A stretch of DNA of 64,000 nucleotides from positions 1 through 64,000 of IMG/VR virus record IMGVR_UViG_2521172628_000001. One strand, given 5' to 3'. Source of the stretch: a virus (lineage: Duplodnaviria; Caudoviricetes). The notes below the pieces were generated by a model. The model was not told the origin of the DNA. It worked only from the letters and a program-made list of their open reading frames with translations, and did no database searches. Position numbers and translations under genes: made by a program. Numbering within the stretch: the stretch's first letter is position 1; the number at the start of each line of letters is the position of its first letter. Positions 36,269-45,279 of this stretch are shown piece after piece.

Positions 36269-37833
36269 TATTCCTCCTCCTGCGCCCCGGCGAGGACTTC
36301 GAGGTCGGAGAGGGCACCGGACAGGAGTGCTTTGGCCTGGTCTTCGGTGATGGCGCCGAGAGCGGAGGCGGCGGCAATCTTCTGTGCGGAGTCGGCGAGG
36401 GAGGCGAGGATGTCGACGCGGCGCTGCAGTTCCGCGTCGTCGACGCCGGCGAGCCACTTGTCAACCTGCTCGGCCCGGTAGCCGGCTTCCATGAGGGCCT
36501 GCTTGCGCGGCACCCCGGCCTCGATCTTCGCTTTGACGGTCTGCCAGCCCTGGGTGTCGGTGACGGACTTGGCGGGCACCCAGCCGACGGTGATGACGGG
36601 GTTGTCGATGCCGAGGCGGCGCAGCGCGAACGTGAACGCGGCATGGAGGCTCGCGCCGTAGGAGGTCTGCCGGTTTTCGACCTTGGCGATGAACGGTCCG
36701 TCTTCTTCGCGGTAGGACTCGCCGGAGCGCTGGTTGGACTGGGGGTCGAACATGCGCAGCGGGGTGTCGGTGATCTGCGCCATGGCCCGCACGTTGAACA
36801 GGATCGGGTCGAGGAACACGTCGGGTTTGGCGGCGTCGAACTGGCCGACGGCCTTGTAGCCGCGCAGGAGCCACAGTTCGCCGGGGCCGGCTTTCAGGCT
36901 GCTGTCGTCGCCGGTGTCGGTGGGGCCGAGACCGTTGGTGTCTTCGGGCCAGTCGTCGTCGTCCCAGTCGCCGGGTTCCAGGTCGGAGGTGTCGGTGGTG
37001 GCGGCGTCGGTGAGCGCGTACCGCTGCGGGGCACCCTGGTAGTCGACGGTTCCCATGTGGGTGGCCTGCAGTTTGGTGATGGCGTTCTGCGGGCCGTAGG
37101 CGCCGTAGTGCTCGGGTATGCCGTAGGGCCGGTCGGTACGGAAGTGGAAGACGGGCTGCTCGTTCCAGTCGTGCTCAATGATCCACGACTCGGCATCTAC
37201 CTCCGGCTCGGCACCCTCCTCACCGTCCGGTGGTGGCGCAACGGTGACAGTCCACGGCTTCCAGTCGTTGGGCTCAGTCCCAGTGGAGTTCTCGCCGGTG
37301 GTCCAGCGTTCGATGTGATCGTCGTACAGCAACTCGGCCCGCAGATAGGCACCTTCGCACCAGCGCTTTATGGTGAACGCCTTACGGCGCGGGTTCTCCT
37401 CGTCGTAGATGACGCGGACGGTCTGCGGAGAGTTGTAGAACATCTCGACCCGCTGCACGTGGCCGTTGTCGTCCTCGACGGGCAGCACCATCAGGTAGGC
37501 GTCGCCGAACTCGCCGGCCCGGCGGAACAGGTCGGGCATCTCCAGGTTGAGCTGATTGTCCTGCCAGATCTTGGAGATCAGTTCGCTGGTGGCCGGGTCG
37601 GGGCTGGTGACGGAGGCGACCTTCAGCCGGTTGGTGACCGCGTTGACGGGGGTCTTGGCGAAGTTGAGGTCGAACTCGATGTCGTGGGCGCGGAGGGCGG
37701 CGCGGATGCGGCTGGAGGAGAAGACCTCGGGGGCGTCGCCCTTGTAGTAGGTGGCGGCTTTGTCGTATCCGGGGCGCGCCGCGGCGAGCTCCTCGATGCC
37801 GTGCATCAGGTCCTCAAGGCTCACACCCACCAC
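36268..37833 (-). CDS. Portal protein (SPP1 gp6-like)
   Basis: YYKG, NFAKTPVNAVTNRL, IWQDNQL, FGDAY; follows terminase. Confidence 0.9.
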   Translation of the reverse strand: MVGVSLEDLMHGIEELAAARPGYDKAATYYKGDAPEVFSSSRIRAALRAHDIEFDLNFAKTPVNAVTNRLKVASVTSPDPATSELISKIWQDNQLNLEMPDLFRRAGEFGDAYLMVLPVEDDNGHVQRVEMFYNSPQTVRVIYDEENPRRKAFTIKRWCEGAYLRAELLYDDHIERWTTGENSTGTEPNDWKPWTVTVAPPPDGEEGAEPEVDAESWIIEHDWNEQPVFHFRTDRPYGIPEHYGAYGPQNAITKLQATHMGTVDYQGAPQRYALTDAATTDTSDLEPGDWDDDDWPEDTNGLGPTDTGDDSSLKAGPGELWLLRGYKAVGQFDAAKPDVFLDPILFNVRAMAQITDTPLRMFDPQSNQRSGESYREEDGPFIAKVENRQTSYGASLHAAFTFALRRLGIDNPVITVGWVPAKSVTDTQGWQTVKAKIEAGVPRKQALMEAGYRAEQVDKWLAGVDDAELQRRVDILASLADSAQKIAAASALGAITEDQAKALLSGALSDLEVLAGAQEEE

Positions 37834-37861
37834 CCTTCATCAAGGTGATGATAACTGATCA

Positions 37862-37876
37862 CCTTTGAATCAAAGG
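37862..37876. promoter_or_regulatory. 15-bp palindrome upstream of portal
   Basis: cctttgaatcaaagg, same consensus as 10410, 10442 and 41346. Confidence 0.65.
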
Positions 37877-40443
37877 TAACTGCCGCTCGATGCCTGCGGA
37901 ATCCTCCTCGGCTGGTTCGGGATGAAGCGGCGCACCGCCGACCCCACACAGTCGACCAGGTCGTCATTCGGGGCCTTCGGGAAGGCGCACATCTGCTCCT
38001 CCAGCTCCCGCAGTCGCCGGGCGTGAATCACCCGGCCGCGCTGGTAATGGTTCAAGACCCCTTCGGCCCGGGTGAACTTCGGTTCCGTCTGCGACACCGT
38101 CTTCACCTTCACCGGCATGTCGTGCAGGATCGCCTTCCACGTGTCGTGACCTTGGTTCACCTCGATCAGGATCAGGCCGATCTGCGGGAACTCGTCCAGA
38201 AGCGCCAGCACCTTCTCCCGCAGCAACGGTCCCGGCTGGATCTTCACCGCGGTCGCCGCGTGCACCGTGCACCGCTGATGCCGCGCCGACCACGACACCA
38301 CACCCAGGCCCGTGAAGTCGGAGGACTTCTTCGCCGTCACCGCCGGGTCGATCGACAGCATCATGTGCGTCACCGGGTCCGGCCCGGCCTCGTCCGGGTA
38401 GCGGAAGTCGTCCGGCGTCCACAGATCCCCGTCGGCACCCATCGGATCGTTGGCCATGTTTTTGGCAAAACTGCGCGTCGCCTCTATGGCCTTCATGTAC
38501 GAAATGGGCCATTTTGCGGGCCATACGCTGCGCTCAGAACCGTCGTCTCGCTTCACTATCGGCGGCGTGTAGTGGGCACTGAATCCTTCCTCGCGGATCC
38601 AGTCGGCCGTCTCGACACCGCGAGCATGCTTGACCAGCTGGTGCACCACACTCCCCGGCATCGTTACGGTTCCGGAAATGACGACGCGGGCGTACACGTT
38701 GAGCGGCAGGATCGAGTCCACCAGCGTGGTGCGCCGCTTGCGCGCCAGGTCGAGTGAGTAGGACGACTCGTCCGGTTCGATGTCATCGCACAGGATCAGA
38801 TCCGGGCGCCGCTCCTCGACCTTCATGCCGAGGTTGGAGGAGTCGATGCCGCGGGCCGCGAACACGAAGCCGCTGCGGGCGATGAACATCGACTGGGTGT
38901 CGGCCACATTCCCGCCGGACGGCCGCTTGGCCGGCGAGCACAGGTCGGGGTAGTCGTGGCGCAGGAGTGCGTTGCCATCCAACTCCCGCTTAAAGGTGCT
39001 GAGATGCGTTTCCGCCTGCGTTGCCGACGAGGCAAAGGCGGCAGCAAAACGGACGTGACCGTGCGCGGCAGCCCACATCGGCAGGATCAGAAACCACCAG
39101 GTGGAGTTATGGGTGGGGACGAGTCCAGGTCCCGCCAAGTAGAGGTGGTCCTCGGAGTCGATGGAGATGCAGTTCGTGGCCTGGCTCTCCACCTGTTCGA
39201 CGCCAATGATGGAACGGCGGGTGGTGCGTGCCTTCGCGCGAAGGCGTTCCCGCTTCCGCTGCAAGTGGAAGACAGGCAAGTCGGTGGCGAAGCAGATGCG
39301 CCACCTACGGCCTACCGCGCGGCCGTCGAGAACCGCCTCGGACTCCTTGCTCTGCGCAGTGATGCCAAGGGAGCGGACGAGACGCAGCACTCCCTCCGCC
39401 AGGACTGGTGTCGTGGTGCAGAACTCCGCCCAGCCGTTCGTGTCGATGGTGCCGTCCGTGTCCATGAGCCCCTGGAGGAGGGCGAGGCGCTGCTCAACCG
39501 ATGCGGTGAGGTACTCCTCAGGTATCAGCTTTTCGAACGTCGGCGCGTGGTTACTGGCCACCGATTTGATCGGCATGACCTTGCGGAGCTGGGCGACCAA
39601 CCCTGGCGTTCCGTACAGGTACCGAGCCGTCCGCTTGCGACACTCCTGCCCCTCGGCCTCCATCCTCTCGATGACGCCAGAGTCCGCAGAGGTGAAGGCC
39701 ACACCGGTCGAGTGGCCGTCTCCGAGCCACGCACCAAGAACGTAAGGGGAGATTGGTAGACGAGCTTCGGGATACTCCACCGCCTCGTACCGAGGGACCG
39801 AGTAGCGCGTCTCGATTCGAGATCGGCTGGAAGGGAGGCGCCAGTTCTTGGCGATCTGGCCCGTCTCTCGGACGTGGCGGGGCTTGTCGCTCCACCGATC
39901 GCGGACTTCCCACTCGTGGGCTTCGTCCGCGATCACGCTCTCTCCGCCAGAGAAGGTCACCCTGTATGCCGGCCGGTTTTCCCAGTGCGGGGATACGGCG
40001 ACAACACGGACAGGCTTACCGGAGGGTGAGAAGACCTCGTCGCCGGGCTTGATGTCTCCGTGAGCCACCCAGCCTCGATTAGCGGTGAGGACGGGCGTGT
40101 CGATGGCGAGGGCTTTCCCCATGTTCCGCGGGGCGATGTAGGCGTCCCGGTTCTTGCCCGGTTCGGTCGGCCGGCGCACCCAGGAACGGGCGGCCCGGCA
40201 CCAGTCGAGGTGTGCGTCCCCGAACGTGATCTGGCCCTGCGCGTCACGGAGGTGGTGTCGTAGGTAGGTGGCAGCGAAGCACATGGGGTCGAGGCGGGAG
40301 AAGATGCGGCGGGCCTCCGATCGCACGGAGGCGTCCTCGTTGGTCAGGAGGGTGGCGTCGAAGCCGGCCAGCCAGCGTTGGAAGTCGAAGGTCTCGGCGT
40401 CGAGGCCTTCGAGGTAGCCGGGCGCGCGGACCGCGGTCGCCAT
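37870..40443 (-). CDS. terL: Terminase large subunit containing an intein
   Basis: Walker A APRNMGK/S split by intein; RPDLILCDD; SIDPA and DDLVD nuclease motifs. Confidence 0.93.
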   Translation of the reverse strand: MATAVRAPGYLEGLDAETFDFQRWLAGFDATLLTNEDASVRSEARRIFSRLDPMCFAATYLRHHLRDAQGQITFGDAHLDWCRAARSWVRRPTEPGKNRDAYIAPRNMGKALAIDTPVLTANRGWVAHGDIKPGDEVFSPSGKPVRVVAVSPHWENRPAYRVTFSGGESVIADEAHEWEVRDRWSDKPRHVRETGQIAKNWRLPSSRSRIETRYSVPRYEAVEYPEARLPISPYVLGAWLGDGHSTGVAFTSADSGVIERMEAEGQECRKRTARYLYGTPGLVAQLRKVMPIKSVASNHAPTFEKLIPEEYLTASVEQRLALLQGLMDTDGTIDTNGWAEFCTTTPVLAEGVLRLVRSLGITAQSKESEAVLDGRAVGRRWRICFATDLPVFHLQRKRERLRAKARTTRRSIIGVEQVESQATNCISIDSEDHLYLAGPGLVPTHNSTWWFLILPMWAAAHGHVRFAAAFASSATQAETHLSTFKRELDGNALLRHDYPDLCSPAKRPSGGNVADTQSMFIARSGFVFAARGIDSSNLGMKVEERRPDLILCDDIEPDESSYSLDLARKRRTTLVDSILPLNVYARVVISGTVTMPGSVVHQLVKHARGVETADWIREEGFSAHYTPPIVKRDDGSERSVWPAKWPISYMKAIEATRSFAKNMANDPMGADGDLWTPDDFRYPDEAGPDPVTHMMLSIDPAVTAKKSSDFTGLGVVSWSARHQRCTVHAATAVKIQPGPLLREKVLALLDEFPQIGLILIEVNQGHDTWKAILHDMPVKVKTVSQTEPKFTRAEGVLNHYQRGRVIHARRLRELEEQMCAFPKAPNDDLVDCVGSAVRRFIPNQPRRIPQASSGSYL
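39106..40113 (-). mobile_element. Class 3 intein (336 aa) with LAGLIDADG homing endonuclease
   Basis: Starts ALAIDTPV, ends PTHN/S; HEW, TNCISID, PTHN; LGAWLGDG and LQGLMDTDG. Confidence 0.9.
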
Positions 40444-40444
40444 G

Positions 40445-40684
40445 TCAGGCCTCGTCGACCTCGACGTCGAACTCTTCGACTTCGGTTTCGACGCGCAGCA
40501 TCACCATGCCGACCGGCGGCGGGACTTGGCCGTCGGCGGGGCGGATGCGAATGGCGGCGACGATCTCGTAGCCCTGCGCCTTGATCCGGTCGCGGAGGTG
40601 CTGGGTGAGGGCGCTGCGGTATCCGCCGTCGTGCACCAGCCAGGACGGCACGAGGGATTCGATGTAGTGGATGCTGCGGGTCAC
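40445..40684 (-). CDS. Hypothetical protein
   Basis: Coupled ORF between terminase genes. Confidence 0.6.
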   Translation of the reverse strand: MTRSIHYIESLVPSWLVHDGGYRSALTQHLRDRIKAQGYEIVAAIRIRPADGQVPPPVGMVMLRVETEVEEFDVEVDEA

Positions 40685-41298
40685 GCGTCACCGCCGTCGA
40701 TGATCTGCTGTTCCTCCAGCTGCATCTTCGCCTTGGCGTCGCGGACCATCTCTTGCAGTTCGACGTCCTGCTGGGTGACTTCGGTGACGGTGGCGTCGAC
40801 CTTGACGGGCATGTCGAGGCCGAGGAGCCGACAGATGGAGTCGCTGACCTTGCGCCGCTGTTCTTCGATGCGGCCGAGGCGGTCGACGGCTTGGAGGATG
40901 AACGTGTCGTCCTCGACGGGCTCTTCGTCGCCGGTGTCGGAGTTGAGGGCTTTGATGACGCGCCCGTTGTTGACGGTGATGTGCTTGCGGCCCATCACCC
41001 TCCGCACAGAGTCCTCCATGTTGATGAGACGTTCGAGGGAGGCTTCAAGGCGGGCGAGCTGGATGGTGCGGTACTCCTTGACGCGGGGGTCGACGCGGCG
41101 GCCGACTTCGGCTTCGAGGAGGTCGTGGACGGTGCTGAAGGGGAGGCGTTCGCCGCCGGTGGGGCCGTCGGGTTGGGAGGTGAGGCGTTCGATGCCGCGG
41201 AGGCTGTTCCCTTGGGCGATGAGGTCGAAGACGAGGGTGGCGAGTTCGGCGCGGCGTGCTTGGTTGACGCGCCTGTAGGGTGCGGGTCCTCCTGGCAT
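40681..41298 (-). CDS. Putative terminase small subunit
   Basis: N-terminal HTH (GNSLRGI), RLLGLDMPVK; upstream of terL. Confidence 0.72.
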   Translation of the reverse strand: MPGGPAPYRRVNQARRAELATLVFDLIAQGNSLRGIERLTSQPDGPTGGERLPFSTVHDLLEAEVGRRVDPRVKEYRTIQLARLEASLERLINMEDSVRRVMGRKHITVNNGRVIKALNSDTGDEEPVEDDTFILQAVDRLGRIEEQRRKVSDSICRLLGLDMPVKVDATVTEVTQQDVELQEMVRDAKAKMQLEEQQIIDGGDA

Positions 41299-41345
41299 GT
41301 CGGCCTCTCCTTCACCGTGGGCTGGCTCGAATCACATCGCCTTCG

Positions 41346-41360
41346 CCTTCGAATCGTAGG
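41346..41360. promoter_or_regulatory. 15-bp palindrome upstream of the packaging operon
   Basis: ccttcgaatcgtagg; reads TACGAT (-10-like) on the minus strand. Confidence 0.65.
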
Positions 41361-41446
41361 ACATTGTGGAGTAATCGATGTAGAGACCCTGCCGGAACGT
41401 CCACATCGGGCGCATCATTGAAGGCGGCCGAGACGAGGAGGCAGGC

Positions 41447-41644
41447 ATGGTCAGCGCTCGCGGAGGACGGTACGGATTCGTGTACCGGACGCGGCAGGAC
41501 GTGTATCGCGCGCTGCGCCGCCAGGGCATGACGAAGTCGAAGGCTGCGCGCATCAGTAACGCGGGCCGCACCTTCCCGCAGCGCAGCGCCATGGCCCGCA
41601 AGGCGGCGAAGACTCGCCAGATGCGGGGCAGGAAACGCCGCTGA
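41447..41644 (+). CDS. Small very basic protein
   Basis: GAGGAGG RBS; YRALRRQGMTKSKAARISN; followed by hairpin. Confidence 0.72.
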   Translation: MVSARGGRYGFVYRTRQDVYRALRRQGMTKSKAARISNAGRTFPQRSAMARKAAKTRQMRGRKRR

Positions 41645-41658
41645 GGAAGCGGATGACA

Positions 41659-41698
41659 GAGGCCCCGGGGCGGCTGCGGCGGCACGCTCCGGGGCCTC
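41659..41698. terminator. Hairpin between convergent genes
   Basis: gaggccccgg ... ccggggcctc. Confidence 0.6.
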
Positions 41699-41704
41699 GC
41701 CGCA

Positions 41705-42322
41705 TCAGGGGCAGGTCTCTTCGTACTTGACCGCGGTGAATGTCACCGGCTGCCCGTTCAGCTTCGCTCCGGCCTTCGGGTCCTGCGTGCACACCTTCCA
41801 GTTCGACGCGACGACGATGATCCGGCCCTCGCCGCTGGCGTCCTTGACGGTGATCGAGGTGCTGGAGTCGAGGGAGGACCGGGCGGCCTTCACGGACTTG
41901 CCGGCAAAGTTGGGCATCGTGGCGCCAGCTTCGGCGGGCGCGGACTGATCCTTGGCGGGGCAGGTCTCGTCCAACTTGACGGTGCCGAAGTCGAGCTTCG
42001 CGCTGGCGTCCGCCTTGACCCCTGCTGTGGGCGTCTGTGTGCAGACTTTCCAGTCGCGGTCGAGGATCTGGTTGCGGTCGCGGCCGGAGGCGTCGTGGCT
42101 GTCGAGGTTGTAGAACCCGGCGGCTTGGGCTTCGTCTTGGGCGGATTGGAGGCCCTTGCCGACGAAGTTGGGGACGGTCTTGGTCTCGCCGGCGGTTTTG
42201 CCGCTGCTGGCCGTTGCCGTGGTTGCGTTGGTGGGGCTGCTGCTGGTCTTCTCGGTTGGGCCACAGGCGGTGAGTGCGGCGATCCCGAGGACGGCGGCGG
42301 CGGCGAGTGTGTGGTGGCGCAT
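41705..42322 (-). CDS. Lipoprotein with two PASTA-like domains
   Basis: Signal peptide with LTAC lipobox; VPNFVGK..WKVCTQTP and MPNFAGK..WKVCTQDP. Confidence 0.85.
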   Translation of the reverse strand: MRHHTLAAAAVLGIAALTACGPTEKTSSSPTNATTATASSGKTAGETKTVPNFVGKGLQSAQDEAQAAGFYNLDSHDASGRDRNQILDRDWKVCTQTPTAGVKADASAKLDFGTVKLDETCPAKDQSAPAEAGATMPNFAGKSVKAARSSLDSSTSITVKDASGEGRIIVVASNWKVCTQDPKAGAKLNGQPVTFTAVKYEETCP

Positions 42323-42458
42323 GGGTCCCCCTGGTTGGTGCGGGTTGAGGGGGCGATCGTAGGTGCGGCGTGGGCGGGTTGGTGGCCCTGTGACGGGCCT
42401 GTGACCGGATCGGGTGGTGCACGTTGACGGCCCCACTCGGCGGGAGTGGGGCTCTGGG

Positions 42459-42695
42459 TCACGCGGTTTCGCCGACGGCGGTCTCGCATCCGCGGCAGGC
42501 CGGGATCTTCCCGGCCCGGATCTGGCCGAGCGTGTAGGCGTCGGTCTTGTATCCGCTGTTCCCGCAGGCGGCTTGCAGCAGGTCCCACCACCGGTTGTCG
42601 ACGGGGCGTTGGACGCGGTGTGTGGTGCGGCCGTTGACGAATCGCACGCCGCGGATCGGGTACTGCTCGGCGGCCGTCGGGGTGGGCGCGGTCAC
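42459..42695 (-). CDS. Small Zn-finger-like hypothetical protein
   Basis: TTH...AACG...CRGC. Confidence 0.6.
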   Translation of the reverse strand: MTAPTPTAAEQYPIRGVRFVNGRTTHRVQRPVDNRWWDLLQAACGNSGYKTDAYTLGQIRAGKIPACRGCETAVGETA

Positions 42696-42925
42696 TCGCC
42701 GCCGTCCTTCTGCCACACATTCTCGTACCGCTGCCAGCGCTGGGTCTCGACGTCCCACTGCTCGACGGCGATCCGGACGACGCGGCTCATCCCGGCCTCG
42801 ACGCGTTCCTTCTCGTCCTCGACTGCGCGGTAGGCGGCGGGCTTCGACCGGTGCTTGGTGTAGACGGGGGCGCCCGGCGTCGTCAGGACGAGCCGCCAGG
42901 GCTGGGAGGGCTTCTTCGCGGTCAT
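42692..42925 (-). CDS. Hypothetical protein
   Basis: GAGGAG RBS; coupled. Confidence 0.65.
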   Translation of the reverse strand: MTAKKPSQPWRLVLTTPGAPVYTKHRSKPAAYRAVEDEKERVEAGMSRVVRIAVEQWDVETQRWQRYENVWQKDGGE

Positions 42926-42928
42926 GGC

Positions 42929-43060
42929 TCACTCCTCGTCTCGGTCGTACAGGTCGTCCCAGTGCCGCCGGTCGGCCCGCCCGGCTTCAGCGGCGTCTTC
43001 CTCCCACCAGTCGGCCGGGCGGGGCTCCAGCGGGACGGCGGGGACGGTGTCGGCGGTCAT
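42929..43060 (-). CDS. Small acidic peptide (43 aa)
   Basis: MTADTVPAVPLEPRPADWWEED...; TGATG coupling. Confidence 0.5.
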   Translation of the reverse strand: MTADTVPAVPLEPRPADWWEEDAAEAGRADRRHWDDLYDRDEE

Positions 43061-43401
43061 CAGCAGAACTCGCGGCGGTCGAAGCAGTGGCCGCCTGACG
43101 TGGTGTAGCGGTGCTCGTTGTCGAACCTCCAGCGGCGCCGCAGGGGAAGTCCCCGCTCGTCGGTGGTCTCGGTCATCGTCTCCCGCATCTCTTCCAGCGG
43201 GACCTCCCTGCCGTGTTCGGCGCGGATGGTCACACCGTCACGGTCGAGGAAGGCGGTCCAGTCGCCCAGAGTGGTCAGGCCCTGATCTGGGTGGGCTCGG
43301 AAGAGGAAGCGCACCCCTCCCGCCGACTGGCCGATGTGAAGGCCCTCGCCGTCGGGGCTACCGCCCGGGAACGGGCCGAACGCGTAGTAGTTGACGGCCA
43401 T
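43060..43401 (-). CDS. Hypothetical protein
   Basis: MAVNYY...LHIGQSAGGVRFLF...EF. Confidence 0.7.
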   Translation of the reverse strand: MAVNYYAFGPFPGGSPDGEGLHIGQSAGGVRFLFRAHPDQGLTTLGDWTAFLDRDGVTIRAEHGREVPLEEMRETMTETTDERGLPLRRRWRFDNEHRYTTSGGHCFDRREFC

Positions 43402-43670
43402 CAGGCTTCCTTCCGTTGGAGGCCGGGCAGGTCTTCCCAGCCGTACATGCGGTGCGGGTTGTGGGCGGCCAGCTGCTTGTTGGCGCGCGCGATCGAGGCG
43501 AGCGCCCGCTGTCGCCCTTCCTCGTACCGGGGCAGCCGGCACAGGCTGAGGCTGCGGCCCGCGTCGGCCGCATCCTTCACGGCCTGGCGGATGTGGGGCG
43601 GGAGTTGCCGGGCGGACAGGTCGGCGACCGCATCCGGGACCGGGACGGGGGTGCGCGGGAAGGCGATCAC
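43401..43670 (-). CDS. Hypothetical protein
   Basis: Coupled; ANKQLAAHNP. Confidence 0.6.
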   Translation of the reverse strand: MIAFPRTPVPVPDAVADLSARQLPPHIRQAVKDAADAGRSLSLCRLPRYEEGRQRALASIARANKQLAAHNPHRMYGWEDLPGLQRKEA

Positions 43671-43948
43671 GGCTGGGCCTCGATCTGGGTCTGCGAGATG
43701 AGTTGGTGCGGCTCCAGGGAGACCCAGTCGCATCCTCCGTGCGCGTGAACGGCACCGCTCTCCTCGTCCTGCCACGTCCGGTCGAGGTCGAACGGGATGC
43801 GCTTGGCAGCCTCAACGAACGGGCCCTTCGCGGCTTCCTTGCTGGCGTAGACGCCGAGGACCTCGCCGCCTTCGTGGTCCTCGCCGGTGGAGAGGACCCA
43901 GACGATCGGTCCGGCCGACTGCGGCTCACGGTTAGCGATCTCCTGCAT
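43667..43948 (-). CDS. Hypothetical protein
   Basis: AAGGAG RBS; VWVLSTGEDHEGGEVLGVYAS. Confidence 0.7.
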   Translation of the reverse strand: MQEIANREPQSAGPIVWVLSTGEDHEGGEVLGVYASKEAAKGPFVEAAKRIPFDLDRTWQDEESGAVHAHGGCDWVSLEPHQLISQTQIEAQP

Positions 43949-43958
43949 GGCGAACTCC

Positions 43959-44354
43959 TTACGCGGCGGCGGTGTAGGCGGCCTGGAAGTGGGCGGGGCT
44001 GGCGAGGAACGCGGTCCGCTTGTACGTGACGAGCCCGACATAGAGGGCAAGATCGAACGGCGAGTAGACGAACGCGCGGATCCATCGCCCGGTGGTGCGG
44101 TGCTGGACCCAGCAGCGGGTGGGTTCCTGCTCGTTGGCGGCGCGGTAGGCCTTGGCGACGTGCTTGCCGTAGTGCGACTGGTAGCCGTCGCGGAGGTCTC
44201 CGGCGCCGAGCCGGTCGAGGATGTCGCCGGTGCGGACGAGGGTCCCGGCTTCGAGCTGCCGGATGACGTCGCCGCTGATGGCCCGGTACTGGAGGGGCTT
44301 GGAGACGGCCTGTGCGGCGGCGTGGACTCGGCGGAGCTGGGCGGCGGCATTCAT
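43959..44354 (-). CDS. Hypothetical protein
   Basis: GAGGGG RBS; SHYGKHVAKAYR. Confidence 0.7.
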   Translation of the reverse strand: MNAAAQLRRVHAAAQAVSKPLQYRAISGDVIRQLEAGTLVRTGDILDRLGAGDLRDGYQSHYGKHVAKAYRAANEQEPTRCWVQHRTTGRWIRAFVYSPFDLALYVGLVTYKRTAFLASPAHFQAAYTAAA

Positions 44355-44480
44355 GCGGGTCCCCCTCGGTGCTGCGTGATCACATAGCAAGTGACTAGCG
44401 ATCACTAGTTGCGCTGTTGCTGACTCAGACACTACGCCTGAGGCATCGCCACCGCAACCCGCTTGCGATACATTGATGCC

Positions 44481-44768
44481 ATGACGTCGACCCCGCCCAC
44501 CGAGCCGCCCTCCCTGGAGGACATCGCGGCAGCCGGCAACCGCCGCCTCCGCGACGCCGACCGCCTCAAGAAGTCCAGCGACGACCTGAGGGACCTCGTC
44601 CTAGCCGCCCTCCGCGAAGGCCACCTGAAGCCGACCGAGGTCGCGAAAGCCTCCGGCTGGACGGGAGCCCACGTGCGCAAGATGGCCCGCGACGCAGGCA
44701 TCGAGCCTGATGAGCGGTACCGCGAACGGGCCGAGCGACTCAAGAAGGCCCAAGCCGCCACCGAGTAG
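44481..44768 (+). CDS. Small HTH protein, probably leaderless
   Basis: TACATT 6 nt before ATG; KPTEVAKASGWTGAHVRKMAR. Confidence 0.75.
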   Translation: MTSTPPTEPPSLEDIAAAGNRRLRDADRLKKSSDDLRDLVLAALREGHLKPTEVAKASGWTGAHVRKMARDAGIEPDERYRERAERLKKAQAATE

Positions 44769-44821
44769 CCGCTTCCCTGATTCCCGCCCGCCTCCCCCAC
44801 CTGCCGCGCGACACTGCCCGC

Positions 44822-45013
44822 ATGACCCTTCGATACACGGTGCAGGGCGACACCGAGCAGGAGACGGCGGCCGGACTTCGGCTGCTGCTGACGCTGGGAT
44901 TACAGCCGGCGATGCCGCCCCGGCAGCTGACCGACCAGCGGTGGATGGCGCGGGCCGTACCGACTGAAGCCCCGGCCGGAGACGATCCCGGCCGGGGCTT
45001 CGACGTGCCTTAG
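44822..45013 (+). CDS. Small hypothetical protein, probably leaderless
   Basis: GACACT 6 nt before ATG; RWMARA. Confidence 0.55.
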   Translation: MTLRYTVQGDTEQETAAGLRLLLTLGLQPAMPPRQLTDQRWMARAVPTEAPAGDDPGRGFDVP

Positions 45014-45022
45014 ACGGGTTCG

Positions 45023-45139
45023 TCAGTCCTCCTCCGCCTGGTCGGTGGGGCCCTGCGTCCTGCGCGCGGTTCGATTCAGCAGGGACACGATCAACCCGAG
45101 GCAGGTCAGGACTCGTTCGGCGATTTCCAGAGCTTGCAT
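45023..45139 (-). CDS. 38-aa peptide with hydrophobic core
   Basis: AAGGAGG RBS; MQALEIAERVLTCLGLIVSLLNRTARR... Confidence 0.5.
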   Translation of the reverse strand: MQALEIAERVLTCLGLIVSLLNRTARRTQGPTDQAEED

Positions 45140-45240
45140 GAGTGAGTTCCTCCTTGACAGCAGAAAGACCCCACCGCTTTCGATGAGGTCTTGATGGGGC
45201 GCGACGGGAAGCGCCAGGCGGCACCGCGGCCAGCAAAGAC

Positions 45241-45263
45241 GCCCCCGCCGTATTGGCGGGGGC
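45241..45263. terminator. Hairpin after the transfer-module operon
   Basis: gcccccgcc-gtatt-ggcgggggc. Confidence 0.6.
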
Positions 45264-45279
45264 TTCTGGTTCTCCTCCC

